Source of the DNA: Antedon mediterranea
Lineage: Eukaryota; Animalia; Echinodermata
Direction of reading: 5' to 3'
Assembly (NCBI RefSeq): GCF_964355755.1
Contig: NC_092673.1
Span: 1,984,001 to 2,048,000, forward strand
Length of the DNA: 64,000 bases
Part shown: positions 12,306 to 24,978 of the stretch, piece after piece
Layout of the letters: each line of letters opens with the position of its first letter
Position numbering within the stretch: the stretch's first letter is position 1
Notes under the pieces: generated by a model
Database searches by the model: none
Told to the model about the DNA's origin: nothing
Seen by the model: only the letters and a program-made list of their open reading frames with translations
Position numbers and translations under genes: made by a program

Positions 12306-14377
12306 TACTATTGTCTCATTTCGTTGTACACTAGTATAGACTGTGAATACAGAAGAAGTACAGTATGTACACCATTCTGATTGACAATAATATATTAATA
12401 TATTTGATTTCTAATTTTATAGCCTAATAAATAATTTTATGACTGATATGAAATATCATCACAGTACAGTTCAAAGTTCACTTTCTTTTATCTGTACCTC
12501 GTTTATTGAAACGTTAGTAGATAATGTCTCAAACTATTTACAGTAAAGTATCTCTTAAATATTGAAATTGATATGAAATTAGTCTTGATTCAGTGAAAGC
12601 TAAACCACTATTATGCACTTAAAATTTAGTAAAATATTGTTTATGTTTTTAAAGATGTTTGGTATATGTAATTACCTACTATTTTAGGTATAACTATATT
12701 CATTTATTTAAATGAATGAAAAATAAATAAATACATTTTTTATAAAGTTAAAAAACTATTTATGTATTAACACGCCAAATGTATCATTTAGGTATGCATA
12801 TTTGATTTCATATTGTCTGTGTATGCCAAGAGTATGTGTACCTACCTGCGATTTGTTATATTAGATACCTTTTTGATTTCTTATATTTACAATTTCAACA
12901 TTTGATTAAAATATACATCTAAATTTTTTAGTATGCTTTCCTTGTATTTGCACTTTAATGCTAAGATTCATAAGTTACGTTAGATTTGCGACTTAAGTCA
13001 ACATTGAATTTCTACTTATTAATTGAAAATACTTCTGAATAGCTTTACATTATATTTGTACTTAATGAGATGAACTAAAAGATACCACAGAAGAAACTCC
13101 AATAAGGGAACACCCAACAAAATGTTCAAAAATAGATTTTCCGTGTTCATCTCACTAGAAAGTTTCCCCTTAATAGAGGTGTTCCAAAAAGAGGGTTTGT
13201 ACTGTGCTCAGATTTGTGAATAGGTATTTTTAGCTTAATCCTTAAACATATATTTAACTACCAGTATTTAAATTTGTGAGTTGGTCAATATTATGTTTGT
13301 ATAGGCCTACATTATATTACTCAACGATTCACTGTACTGTATCTCCACATTATGTTTAATAAGCAAATTGTGTGGCACAGGGTACCAGCTAATCACATGT
13401 GATGTCTGTGTTACATTAAGGTTATTATACAGACATGATACTGTGCATATGTGAAACTGCATTACAGAATTTGCTGATGATTCTAGACAAATTTTACAGC
13501 CTTGTGAATCAACTTTATGTTTGTTAAATTTTTTTCCCTTGATTCGTCTAATTTATAAAGCTCTGTCTACACTATGAAACTTTATGTGACAAAAAACGAT
13601 GTGCCCATATATGGGAATATCACCACCATATTTGGGCACACTTTTTTTTGTCAAAGTATTTTCATAGTGTAAACAGAGCTTTAGGCATAATTTATGTTTA
13701 TATTTTTTCTTACAGTATTTGATTGCAATTTGTTACTTTTGAAATATTTTACTATGACACTAAAGTATGTATATAAATTATATATTTTTAATGCAAATTA
13801 TTGTAAGTATTAAGAAAAGAATTTTTATAATATCTAAAACAGCAAAAAATATGCAATTTTTGACTTACACATGTTTATATGATCATAAAATTATTGCGTT
13901 TACTGCATTTATATTATACAGTTAATTGAAAAAGAGAAACCACTATTTTTATAATAAGTGTATAGATAGAAAATGAGTCCAGATTACATTGTAAGTACAG
14001 TAAAACAATGACTGTATATCACTTACAATGTAATAACACTGTACTACTGTAATGTTGGAGTTATCACTTTTAGTGTTGTAACACTTTGCACAAGCATCAC
14101 CTATTGTATTGTGATATTACTGTAGCTTCAAAATGTTTTAATATCACTATATGTTGTAACACTGTGTAAAACTAGCTTTAAAATGTTGTATGTGTTAGTG
14201 TTGTAACACAGCTGTGGAAACAGCTATGATTTAACTGTTTGTTGTATTACATACTGGTGAAGTCAGATGTGAAATCAACTGTGTAACAGAAATGTATTTT
14301 TCGAATCGGATATCACAATAAATCAAGTAAAATTTATTTTACACTTTATTTCTTGTTATTGTTTTTCATATCATATA

Positions 14378-14690
14378 GTGAGTGAGTGGCCGAGCGGTAA
14401 AGACAGTGGAACCCAATTACGTAGCCATAACATCGGCAAGGGTTCGAGGCTCACTCACTCCATGGTTCTGGTGGTAGAACGAGTCTTCTCGGATAAGGAC
14501 TATAAACCGTAGGTCCAGTGTACACATCTAGCTCGTGTGCACTTTAAAGAACCTAGTACATCTTTTGATACGGGTAGGGGGTTACCCCGATGTATTAGTA
14601 CATCACAGCCACTGATCATAACTGGGCCCTCTGGGAAACTAGTCTTTGACTGAAGAGGTTACCCAGTATAAATATATATTTCAATCAATC
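14378..14690 (+). mobile_element. tRNA-derived SINE with a Deu/Nin-like central domain
   Basis: A box TGGCCGAGCGG and B box GGTTCGAGGCT, core GGATAAGGACTATAAACCGTAGGTCC..GTGCACTTTAAAGAACC, short (AATC)n tail. Degenerate copy at about 36680-36780. Confidence 0.75.
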
Positions 14691-14740
14691 ACAACAATTA
14701 AAGTAAGCATCGATATATCCACGTCATTATTTGATTGTTT

Positions 14741-17700
14741 CTAAAAATCATCTTCTTCGTCTTCTATCAGAATTTTCTTCTTCTTTTTTCCTTTCTTTTT
14801 TGGTTTGATAACTTTATCATCATCCTCCATGTCTTTAGTAACAGTTTGTGCTGATTTTAATCTTTTTTTGAAATCTTTTATCATATTATGTGCTGTCTCC
14901 TCACTTCCTCCACCATCTAAAAAAGATTTATAGTTGTATTGTAAATATTTCCTGTTTTTAAATATTTTTTAGGTTTTTTTTTTCAAAAACTAGATTTCCA
15001 AAAAAGATCATAATGTAATTGTAGCTGCCAAAGTGGTGAAGCACACTAATGACAGCGCTACTCGACTGGATCATCCCCTGAATACATCAATAAATAAATA
15101 ATACAATATTTAAAACAAATATAAATAAATAAATATATGTTTTCCTACTACTAGTAGTAAAATAATATTTGAATATAAAAAATATTTAAGTGGATTTACT
15201 TGATACAGCAGAATAAATAACATCTGATAGATCATCTTTGGACAGATTACTAACTGCTGCCAACTGAGCTAAGAAGTCTTTTTCTCTTTCCTGCAAAATT
15301 GTATACATCAAATTAATTATAATAGTGTACAGTAGTAAATGTAGTCATCAAGAATGTTTTTACATTAATTGATTAATGAATAACAACACAGTACAATAGT
15401 TCTATTTTTAGACCTGAGAGGACGTGTTGTAACAACAATTCTCTTGGGACCATGTTTCTTTCACGTCTTACAAGAAAGTTAAGTAACAAACTTATTCTTT
15501 AATTTTCTCTTCATAATTTAGTTTATACACACAGAAAATGCACGGTATTGTTAGATATTAACTGCAGAACTCGATTAACAAATAGTTTGATAAGTGAATA
15601 CTCAAAATGCAATATTTTATAAATGTTATTTGATTTCATGCTTGGCTAGGTGGTAGAGCAGGAAATGCCCCTACATGTTAGTACAGTTGTTGTTGAGAGG
15701 GTGAAGACCACAGTTTTGTCCTTGATGAAAAACAACTTGGCATACAGCCACTATGGTAACGGTAAGGATGGTAAACCGGACATTTTGCAACATGAACTGA
15801 ATTTTTCATGAAAAAATACTTCTATTCATAATTACCTCCAATTCCTTAACAAGGGTTGCTTCAAGTTGTTGGTTCAACTCCATTTGTTGCTGCACTAGCT
15901 CCGCTTTCAAGTCGTTCTCAATTTGCTTCTTTTGCTGCTGGTGGCGCTGATCTAGTAACATCTTATTCATAATTGATATTGCTGACCTAGATTGAAACAT
16001 AATAATAGGGTTTCATATTATTTTTTTCTCGTTCAGGTTAAATTATTGGTAGACAAAGAATGGCAACAATTAGTTTAAACCCTGACTGTAATGAAATGAG
16101 TATTGTACTACGTGTCACACTTACGTTGCTGTTTTTTGTTTACTTTAGTGGTGCCACAACGTGCATGGATACAAAACATTAAAAAAAAGTGAGATATTAG
16201 CAAGTGCAAAAATCGACACACACAAACAAATATTATGGTATTGTTTTAGTAAAATATTATTAAACAGCTTTTTATGGGGTCCAACCAGGTACAACCATGT
16301 CAGTCAGGTCCTATAGGTATATGATGCCTTTTATCTTTTTTCTCTTAAGCTCTGTCTACACTATCAAAGTTTTATGTGACAAAAAAATGTGATGTGCTTA
16401 TGAATGGACATGATGATGTCATATCACTACCATATTTTGGCATATCACTACCATATTTTGGCATATCACTACCATATTTTGGCATATCACTACCATTTTT
16501 TGGTTTGTTAGTTTAGACAGAGCTTTATATGTCATATTGCCTTTTTTAGTAATGTACCAAACCAGGGTAAATACTTACGTTGAAGCAGATGCTGACTTTT
16601 GTCTTTTCTTTTCTTCGTTCATCTCATATTCCATTGCTCTGTCAAAAGAAAAAATTAAATATTACAATTTTTATAATGAAGACATTAATTCAAATGTTTA
16701 AAACATTTTTATTTATATATATTGTAACGAGAGAATGACTTATTTATAAACATGACTGACAATATACAAGAAACAGAATTGTTGAATTGTTCAACTGTAG
16801 AACAAGACAAATATTTCCATTTAGAAGTAACGTACAACACTATTTGTATGTTTTAAATGCTCATATACTTATTCTTTTACTAAATGGTTTTATGTTTCAT
16901 GTTCTTCAAGAATAAATCTGAATAAACCCACTTTTCTTTTTTGATCATTCTTGATTCAACTTTCTCTTTTAACATACGATATTGTTTGTCTTTGGCTTCT
17001 TGCATTTTCTCTTGTAAGTCTTCCACTTCTCGCATATGTTTCTTTATGATGGAGTTAGTTTTCTGTGTTGAGACATCATTCTCAACTACGGTCTCCAGCA
17101 GTTGTTCCTGTAAACAAATGTAGTTCTATTTTAATTTCAGTTTAAATAATAAAACATCAATTTCATCAGTAATATCAATTTTTAAACTAATTATATTTTA
17201 AAGGTTTGCATGATGTAGATACAATGGAATTCTAAATATATTCATTACAGCTTTCATTACTTTTACATGAGCTCCTTAAGTTACTGTAAAAACCCACCTG
17301 TAGCTCCTTAATTGCTCTGTCATTTTTCTTAATGATTCCTTGACGTCGTGATTGGCCAACTTGTAGTTTTCCAATGAGCAGTCCAAGCTGTACATCTTGA
17401 CTCTTTAAAACAGCTTCATTTTCAGATGCCATTCGATCTCGTAGTATCCTCGTTGCTTTCTGTCGTTCTTTCTCAATTTCCTTTAATTCTGTGTTCAACT
17501 CTTCTTCCTGTGAACATATGATAAAGAAACTTTTCAACTAAACAAAATCTAGAACCTCTTCCAGTATTCTTTGAAGTGTTCAACATGAGCTACACTATAT
17601 AATCCTTATACAAGAAGACTGGTTTGAATGCTCTAGCTAGGTGTTATTATTTTTGTTGTCAAGCAAATTATGTTCTAGTTTATGTGCACTTTAAATCCAC

Positions 17701-20700
17701 ATATTAAAACTCTCCTTAAATATAAACTGTTTCTTACATGTTTTTTCTCAAGTTTTTCAAGTGCAGTTTGTGACCCTTTCGCAATAATAGCTTCTTTTTC
17801 TTCCTCTTGGTTTTTCCTTAAATTCTCAACATAAATTTCTCGCTTTGCTAGCTTTCCTTCAAGACTGAAAATATTAGATAATTAATTAATGTATGGTTCG
17901 CTAAACATTGTGCCCTAAAGGCAAATATTTTGTAATGTTACTTTTTAGTACTGTATTTGAGTCATATTCTTTATGCTTTTGACTTGCAGTGTTTTGGCAG
18001 ATCATATCTTTATGATGTTTGCTGTGCCCATGTTTTGGCAGATCCTATCTTTATGATGTTTGCTGTGACTATGTTTTGGCAGATCCTATCTTTATGATGT
18101 TTGCTGTGACCATGTTTTGGCAGGTCATATCTTTATGATGTTTACTGTGACCATGTTTTGGCAGATCCTAGGTGGTCCAATAACATAATATGCATAATTC
18201 TTGAATTTCTTTTCTTACATTTTCTACTTTTTTTCTAATATTTTGTTTTTAAATATTGATATATAACATTGACTAGAACCTACATCTTTTGTTGTTTAAG
18301 ACGGGCTATTTGCATTTGGTTGTTGATGGCTGCCATATTCAGAGCATGCTGTTTCAATATCTGGTTCCGGGCTCTGAAAAAGACAACACACTCATTATGA
18401 TACGCCTTTTATCCCCAAATAATTCCCTATTCTGTCTTTCTCACTCTCATCAAACAATACTCCTCCTCTCCCTTTTACAATTAATTCCCTTCCCTGTTCT
18501 TACTCTTCGTCCAAACCACTTTGAGACTCAAGTAGCTTATGAACTGTTCTGTCTTGTTGTTTTTCTAACTGCTGTTGTTCCACTTCTACTCGTTCCTGCT
18601 CTTCCATCCATTGTGCTTTCTTATTTGCAATCTTCTCTTGTATTCGTTCTAATTGCCTCTTCTTTTCATCCTTATTCTTTTCTAGAAAAATTGAAAATCC
18701 AAATTTGTTATTTACACAAACACACATTTTCCAGACCAATTTATATCTTCACGTTTTTATTCAGAACAGACTTAACAGAAAATGTTTTCATTTCATACCA
18801 TATTACCTTCCAAGTTCTTCATATTTTTCGAATGTTTCTTCATCAGCTTATTAACCTGTTCATTTGTCAATCTTGCCTGATCTGCAAGCGTCTCATAAAA
18901 TGAATTTTCTTGCTCTTCAATCGATTCTTCGCAACTTTCTTCCAGTTTCTAAAATGATATGTTTTTATCAATAGATATTGTTAATACAGTATTATTGTTC
19001 CATTTTAAAATATAAACTTAAATTATTCTTTTATGATTGAAAACAATGTTGACATACTTTCCTCAGAATACTGATTTTTTCAGCTTCATTGTAGTCCAGT
19101 TCTGCAACATAATCATTGCGTTCATTTCTTTGTTCTTCCAATAATTCATGATATCCCTGAAACGATTTCAATACAAGTTAGAATGGTACCATCTACAGTA
19201 TAATCAATGAGGCTACCTGCACGGTCAAACTGCCCATTAGAAAATAAATTTTCAGTTACTAAAATGCTAAAGTTAAAGCACCTACCACTACAAAGTCTTT
19301 GGCTTTGCCATGGCTTGTATCCTTCATCAATTCTCTTTCCTCAGCTTTCTGTTTTTTCTTCAGCTTCTCCATTTTATGAAGTCTTAACTTCTCAAGTTTG
19401 CTTGATAATTCCTTTGTTTGTCTGATTACCTCTAAGTAACGGATTTAGATTATTAAGAACTTAGATACACATAAATTTAATTTTATTGCCTAATCTCTCT
19501 ATATGTATCCAGTACTTCCTGCGTGATCTAATATTCAGTTTGCTTGCTTCTTGTAAATTAAACACTTTTTTTAACTTCCTGAATAATAATGTTATAGCCA
19601 TGGAAACCTTTAAACAATATTGTATTATTGTAAATATTATTATCACTTACCAGCTTGGTGATTTTCTTGTACTCGATTTAGGTCCGCTTCATATTGTTTC
19701 AATATACTGTACAAATTAAGTTAAATATATATGTCATTTATAATGGTTTTTTTTGGTGACAGCCATGTTGATAGAGGTAATAATATTAACATCTGCAATG
19801 CTAACCTAATGTTAGATCAAGACATTATTACTTCTATATTTCATAATAGTAAGCTTTTGTTTCAGGCAGACAAAAGAAACGGTAACTAAACAAGCCATAA
19901 TGAGTGGATTTATTCTGTCGACATTTGACAACTGTTACAATCAGTTTAAAACTGTTACGTTCAGTTTAAGTACTGTTACGTTCAGTTTAAGTACTCTACT
20001 CCTCTATCGTCTACCATCCCAAACTGAAGCTGACTATTTTTTAAACTTACCTTTCCTTTTGACTGTCTGTTAAGTGACTTTCGTCCGATAATGAAGTCAA
20101 CACTGTCCTTTGGTGTTCAATTCTCTTTACTTTTCTTTGTACTTCTCTTTCATTGAAGTTCCTATACTGGCTTGCAAGTCCTTGTCTATTTGCAAGTCTT
20201 TCTTGAAGAATCTATAACAGTCAAGATTCAAGACATTTTATTGGTCCACTTTAAAATAGTAATTTATTTTTCTTGGCATAATTAAGACAATAAATAATAA
20301 TACTTTTTATAGGCCTATGTTAAAATACTGTTAATAAACTATTAAAAATGCAGAATGCAAAAACTTAGGCCATACTGGTCATGGATGAGTTCTTGACAAT
20401 TTTTACAATAAGTTGATTGTAATTTGTTTTACTTAAATATTACAAGTAATAGTAAACAAACTTTGTAAGAATCTTTAAATGAGTAGTAAAGTCAAAAAGT
20501 AAAAATAATACTAACTGAGGCTTGACGAGCCCATTCCCTGCCCAAAGATCTTTCCACTTCAGCCATGTTTTCTGACAGCTTTTCCATTAATGCATTTACC
20601 TAGAATATAAATATAGAATAATAACTGGTTACTGGTTGTGGTCTGTGGTACTAATGTATTATCTGCTTGGTTGTGGTCTGTGGTACTAATTTATTATCTG

Positions 20701-23665
20701 CTTGTAATCGTGTATTTCACTATTTCAATTCTCTGAGTTTCTAAAGTAGTTTATTAGGTCAATTTCATATAAATAAATTCTTGTATGTTCGTTAAATTAA
20801 TAAATGTGGTGAATTTTGTCTCAGCATTGATGTTCAGTTTTGACATAAATTTAATCAAGTTATAGCATTACCTCATCCTCGGATAAATCTGAGCTTTTTT
20901 CAAGTTCATCCTTGATTTTAAGTTGATATTCCTGAAATTTCATATCCTGCAGAAAAATAATATAAATTTACATATTTTTATTGTAAAATTATTACAACAG
21001 AATTCTTTTAGAATAGGGACAGAAGATCCTAAAGATTTACTCTTTGTGATTTTAACTTTGCAAGACCAAGGAAGGTGAGTGTACCAGCTTTGTTCCCACT
21101 AGGACGCAAGACATACACTCAATACAAGTAATTTGACCAATCACAATTGAAGTATCATCTGAACTCTCTATTGTGATTGGTTAAATTACTTGCATTGCAT
21201 GTGTGAAGTAATCTTTATCAGCATCTGCTCATCTTTTCTATGCTTCCTTGAACTCATTTATTCATTCGTCTTTGTTTCCTTCAAATACTTACCAATGTTC
21301 TGGCACCTTCTCTTCTGATTTCTTCCACCGCTTCCTCCACTTCAACTGGATCTCTCTTTGATTTGCCATTGGCAATGATGTGCTCTGCAGCTACTAGTTG
21401 TTCTGCTTCAATGCTTACAAACACATTTTTGAAATCCTGTTTCCAATTAAAATTGTTGATGTAATGATGAAATAAAAGTGTTCTTTCATTTGAGATACCC
21501 TAATAAGGAAACACCACCCCAAATAACGAAAAAATACATAAGAATATGTGGCAGTTGATGTTGAACAGGAACCCAAAATAAAGGTATTGGCAACATTTGA
21601 GCTAGGGAAAAACAATTTTTGTTTAAATACAAACCTGTTCATATTGGTTAGCAAATTCTATGCTGAAATCCTTTTCCAGATGACCTTTACTTGCAAATTT
21701 TAACAGAAATATTTTGAGCAGTTGTAGGAATGACTAAAAAAAACAATGACAGTTTAAAGCCAACACTAAATCAACATGAAAGTTCAGGCCCAAAACCATT
21801 CTAAAGTATTAAGTATGTGCAAGTACTGTGTCTTGCATGTAAGGCAGTATGTAATTTCATTTTTTTTCCAATTTCCAGGTAGAAAGCGATGGTATGTCAA
21901 TATAAGTGTAATCTAACATACATTTATTTTCTCCTGTTGCAATTCTCTTTCCAATAAGTTAACTTCTTTTATGTCTTGCAGTATCAATGTTCGTTCTGTT
22001 GCTTCTCTGTTTAAAACAAATGAAATATTTAAGGCTGAAAAACATGTTCATATTCACAATGGCTGATAGTGTTCAGAATATACAGTTTGTTTCCTATAGC
22101 TTGCTGTAGGGAGAGGTTAAAAACTAAGCAAAGATGCTTTAAATATTTAGTTTAGTTTATTAATATAAAATATGATGATCTGTTGGGGTGGGTAGTGCTG
22201 GCTACAGCCCTGGTGTTTTGACTAAGCCTTTGGCTGAGATGCAAAGGATGCATACACATGCCTTGGGAAATCCTTTTGGAGCGCAATTTCTGAAGAGAAG
22301 GTGAAGTATCAGGTAAAATCAACTTTCAAAGTTGTTTCCTTTCATAAATAATGCATATTTTACGTTAGTGAAATTAATTATTTTCATCAATTTAAACCAT
22401 TAAAGCCTGTTTTGCAGGTAATGAGTTGTTATTCTGAGTAAAAACTATGCAAAAAAAGGGGAGTAATCCATATTTCTTGATTTTGTTACCTTGTTTTGTT
22501 AGCAATTGCTGTAATTAAACTGTCACTGTTGCTCTTGTCATTCTGTGAATCTTCATCAAAATTCTCCATCTTATTATCATCTTCCTCATCACTGTCGGTT
22601 CTTTTTCTTGTTTTCTCAGACGAATTGTCGCTTTCTTCATTGTCAATTTTCATCAATGGAATCTACAAAGAAGCCATGTTGTTTTTTAATTTTTTATATT
22701 TTTTAGAATGAATAAAAGTGGGCTACAACCACAAAAAAGATATAAAAAAAAGCCATTCTAATTTACAAAACATGCATGTATGTATTTACAGAGAGCACCA
22801 GCATCAGAGACTGTTTGTGCTCCAAGTAAATATAATACAGCAAAGATGTGATAAGTATTTTCTTACTTAACTTTTGATTACTCCCAGTATTAACAATTCT
22901 TAATAATAATATAATTTATTTGTTTAAATTGCAGATGCATGTTTGACTTACTTTGTCATAGTCCAGGTGTCTGACCGTATTCGATGTCACCTCTGAAGAT
23001 CTATAAGTTGTCGATTGTTCCATCATTACTGCATTTGACGACTTTTGAACCTGTTGAAGAAAATAAAAGTAGACAATGATACATAAAAATACAATTATTA
23101 ATACTATGAAATGAATTCCCTGTGAGATAGTTAAAACCTCCATCAGGAGATGCCTTCAAAGCCAGCAATGTGTCCCTGTGACATCCCACCCCAACCTCCA
23201 TCAGGAGATGCCTTCAAAGCCAGCAATGTGTCCCTGTGACATCCCACCCCAACCTCCATCAGGAGATGCCTTCAAAGCCAGCAATGTGTCCCTGTGACAT
23301 CCCACACCAACCGCTGAATAGGACTAGTGTCCTAAGGAGGATTCTACTGTATTTTTACACTGTATTAAACTCTGTCTACACTATAAAACTAGTTTGACAA
23401 AAAAAGTGTGATGTGCCCAAATATGGTAATGATATAACATCATGTCCATATATGGGCACATCACATTTTGATAGTGTAGGCAGAGCTTTATAAATAAAAG
23501 AGTAATTACCCTATCTTTAGCAAGTTCCTTAAAGAAGCATCGTAAACATAGAAGAGCAATTATGACCCCAATGATGAGACCAAGTAAAGACGCAAGCACT
23601 ATTTCTGTAGCGTTAACTACCCAGCCACCATCCTCAAATACAACTTCAACTGGTGTACAACTCAT
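14741..23665 (-). CDS. EVC: EvC ciliary complex subunit 1 (Ellis-van Creveld protein) homolog, about 925 aa
   Basis: 22 phase-consistent minus-strand coding exons: 23510-23665, 22952-23050, 22490-22662, 21922-22006, 21635-21733, 21293-21436, 20872-20946, 20516-20599, 20051-20211, 19651-19706, 19286-19431, 19058-19156, 18807-18948, 18504-18681, 18284-18373, 17738-17864, 17298-17507, 16932-17107, 16579-16638, 15836-15986, 15200-15290, 14741-14916 (TAG), total 2778 nt. N-terminal signal-anchor (IVLASLLGLIIGVIIALLCL), long E/K/Q-rich coiled coil, basic tail. Identity rests on this architecture plus head-to-head linkage with EVC2. A probable non-coding first exon ends at the donor at 24369/24370. 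Confidence 0.8.
16348..16524. mobile_element. Harbinger MITE family A copy
   Basis: TIRs, TTA on both sides, four internal 20-bp repeats. Confidence 0.85.
17988..18170. repeat. Tandem repeat, about 41 bp x 4.5
   Basis: GTTTTGGCAGATCCTATCTTTATGATGTTTGCTGTGACCAT units in an EVC intron. Confidence 0.9.
23135..23312. repeat. Tandem repeat, 58 bp x 3
   Basis: Near-identical units start at 23135, 23193 and 23251. Confidence 0.95.
23368..23487. mobile_element. Harbinger MITE family A copy
   Basis: TIRs, TTA on both sides; about 20 nt from an EVC donor site. Confidence 0.8.
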
Positions 23666-24061
23666 TTTTCAATTCACCTGTTTCAATAAGAGGTTGAAAT
23701 ATTAAAAAAGATATACAAATTCAAATGAAATGCTACAATTAATAATTGAACAATAACCAATTTCTTAATAATTGATTCAATATAAAAAAAGAATACTCTT
23801 ATTATAGAAAATATTAAAGGCATGTTAGTAAAGTATATTATTTAAGTATAATATTAATACAGTAATTCAATATACAATAATAGGAATTGTATTTATCAAC
23901 ACATGGTTGAAGGTTTGAAAATTGAAACGTATAGACAATGAGCTTTAAAATTGAATATGGTATTTATTGTACCAACCCGCTTGTTATAAGATGCCTAGTA
24001 CTGTATACTATTTGATAATGTTGTAGGGGGATCCCCTGATTGTACTATAGATAGGTGTATA

Positions 24062-24251
24062 TGTTATGCGCAATTTGAACGATTTGCGCAATTTGAAATT
24101 GCGCAAAAAAATCCTTGCGCAATTTGAAATTGCGCAAAGAATTCTTGCGCAATTTAAAATTGCGCAAGGATTTTTTTGCGCAATTTCAAATTGCGCAAGG
24201 ATTTTTTTGCGCAATTTCAAATTGCGCAAATCGTTCAAATCGCGCATAACA
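24062..24251. mobile_element. Non-autonomous TGT..ACA DNA transposon (Ginger-like), short fully palindromic copy
   Basis: Termini TGTTATGCGC..GCGCATAACA, 4-bp duplication TATA, ten TTGCGCAA motifs. Confidence 0.85.
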
Positions 24252-24369
24252 TATACAACCATAGAGATATTATAGATATCTCTATGATACAACTGATAGG
24301 TGTGCCAGGCTGCTGGAATAAAGCCTAATTTCACATAGTTATCCTCTCTAACAACTATGTAATACTTAC

Positions 24370-24620
24370 TTAAATCACTGAGATTCCAAATGTGATGTAG
24401 CTCTCAAAAACAATGATTTTAAGTAATTACTGACATCTAGAATCAGTGTGCAGTGAAGCAATCAATTATTATTGTTTACCGGTTACCAAGGTGATAACCT
24501 GGTATACAGCTTTTGTGTTCACCGAGTCAATGCTGGTTTATTGTTATGGAATCATGTTTGTTTTTGTCTGTATACAACTACTGTATGGTAATTAGGTTGA
24601 TAATATGAACAAATCAGGTA
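24370..24620. promoter_or_regulatory. Putative bidirectional EVC/EVC2 promoter with forkhead and RFX X-box-like motifs
   Basis: Lies between a minus-strand donor (24369) and a plus-strand donor (about 24618). TGTTTAC at 24473-24479 sits next to GTTACCAAGGTGAT at 24482-24495. Further X-box-like sequences at about 24540-24553 and 24585-24592. Confidence 0.55.
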
Positions 24621-24978
24621 GATATAATAGACATTTTATTTTTCATATTAAACCAATATAATTTTAGGTTTTCAATCATTTGTAGAGTGTCTAATAAGTA
24701 GTAGCTAGGCTAGGCCTAGGACTGTGAGTGTGTGTGTGGTGGTGGTGGTAAATAAGCATGGACTAAATCAGGTGTACAGTGTGATGCTTTCGTAATTCTG
24801 TTGGGCCTAAACTATGATAGAAGGTGAAAATTAAACCATTTACCTATGTTTTATGCACATCTTTTCATTTCAGTTTAATGATGATTTTTTCATTAGCATG
24901 TAGTTTCCCTGGCATAAATAACCACCCACCCACTCTCTACTAATGAATAATTTCTATCATTTCTTTTCAGGAGCAACC

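Noticed and set aside
14378-14462. Possible tRNA gene
   Set aside because: A and B boxes are present but it runs into a SINE body and tail, and I could not fold a canonical anticodon arm.
18289-18903. 204-aa plus-strand ORF and similar hydrophobic ORFs over EVC and EVC2
   Set aside because: Antisense shadows of E/K-rich coiled-coil exons.
24008-24334. ORFs with LRNLKLRK repeats (also 50817-51127)
   Set aside because: Translations of the palindromic TTGCGCAA transposon arrays, open on both strands only because of the repeat.
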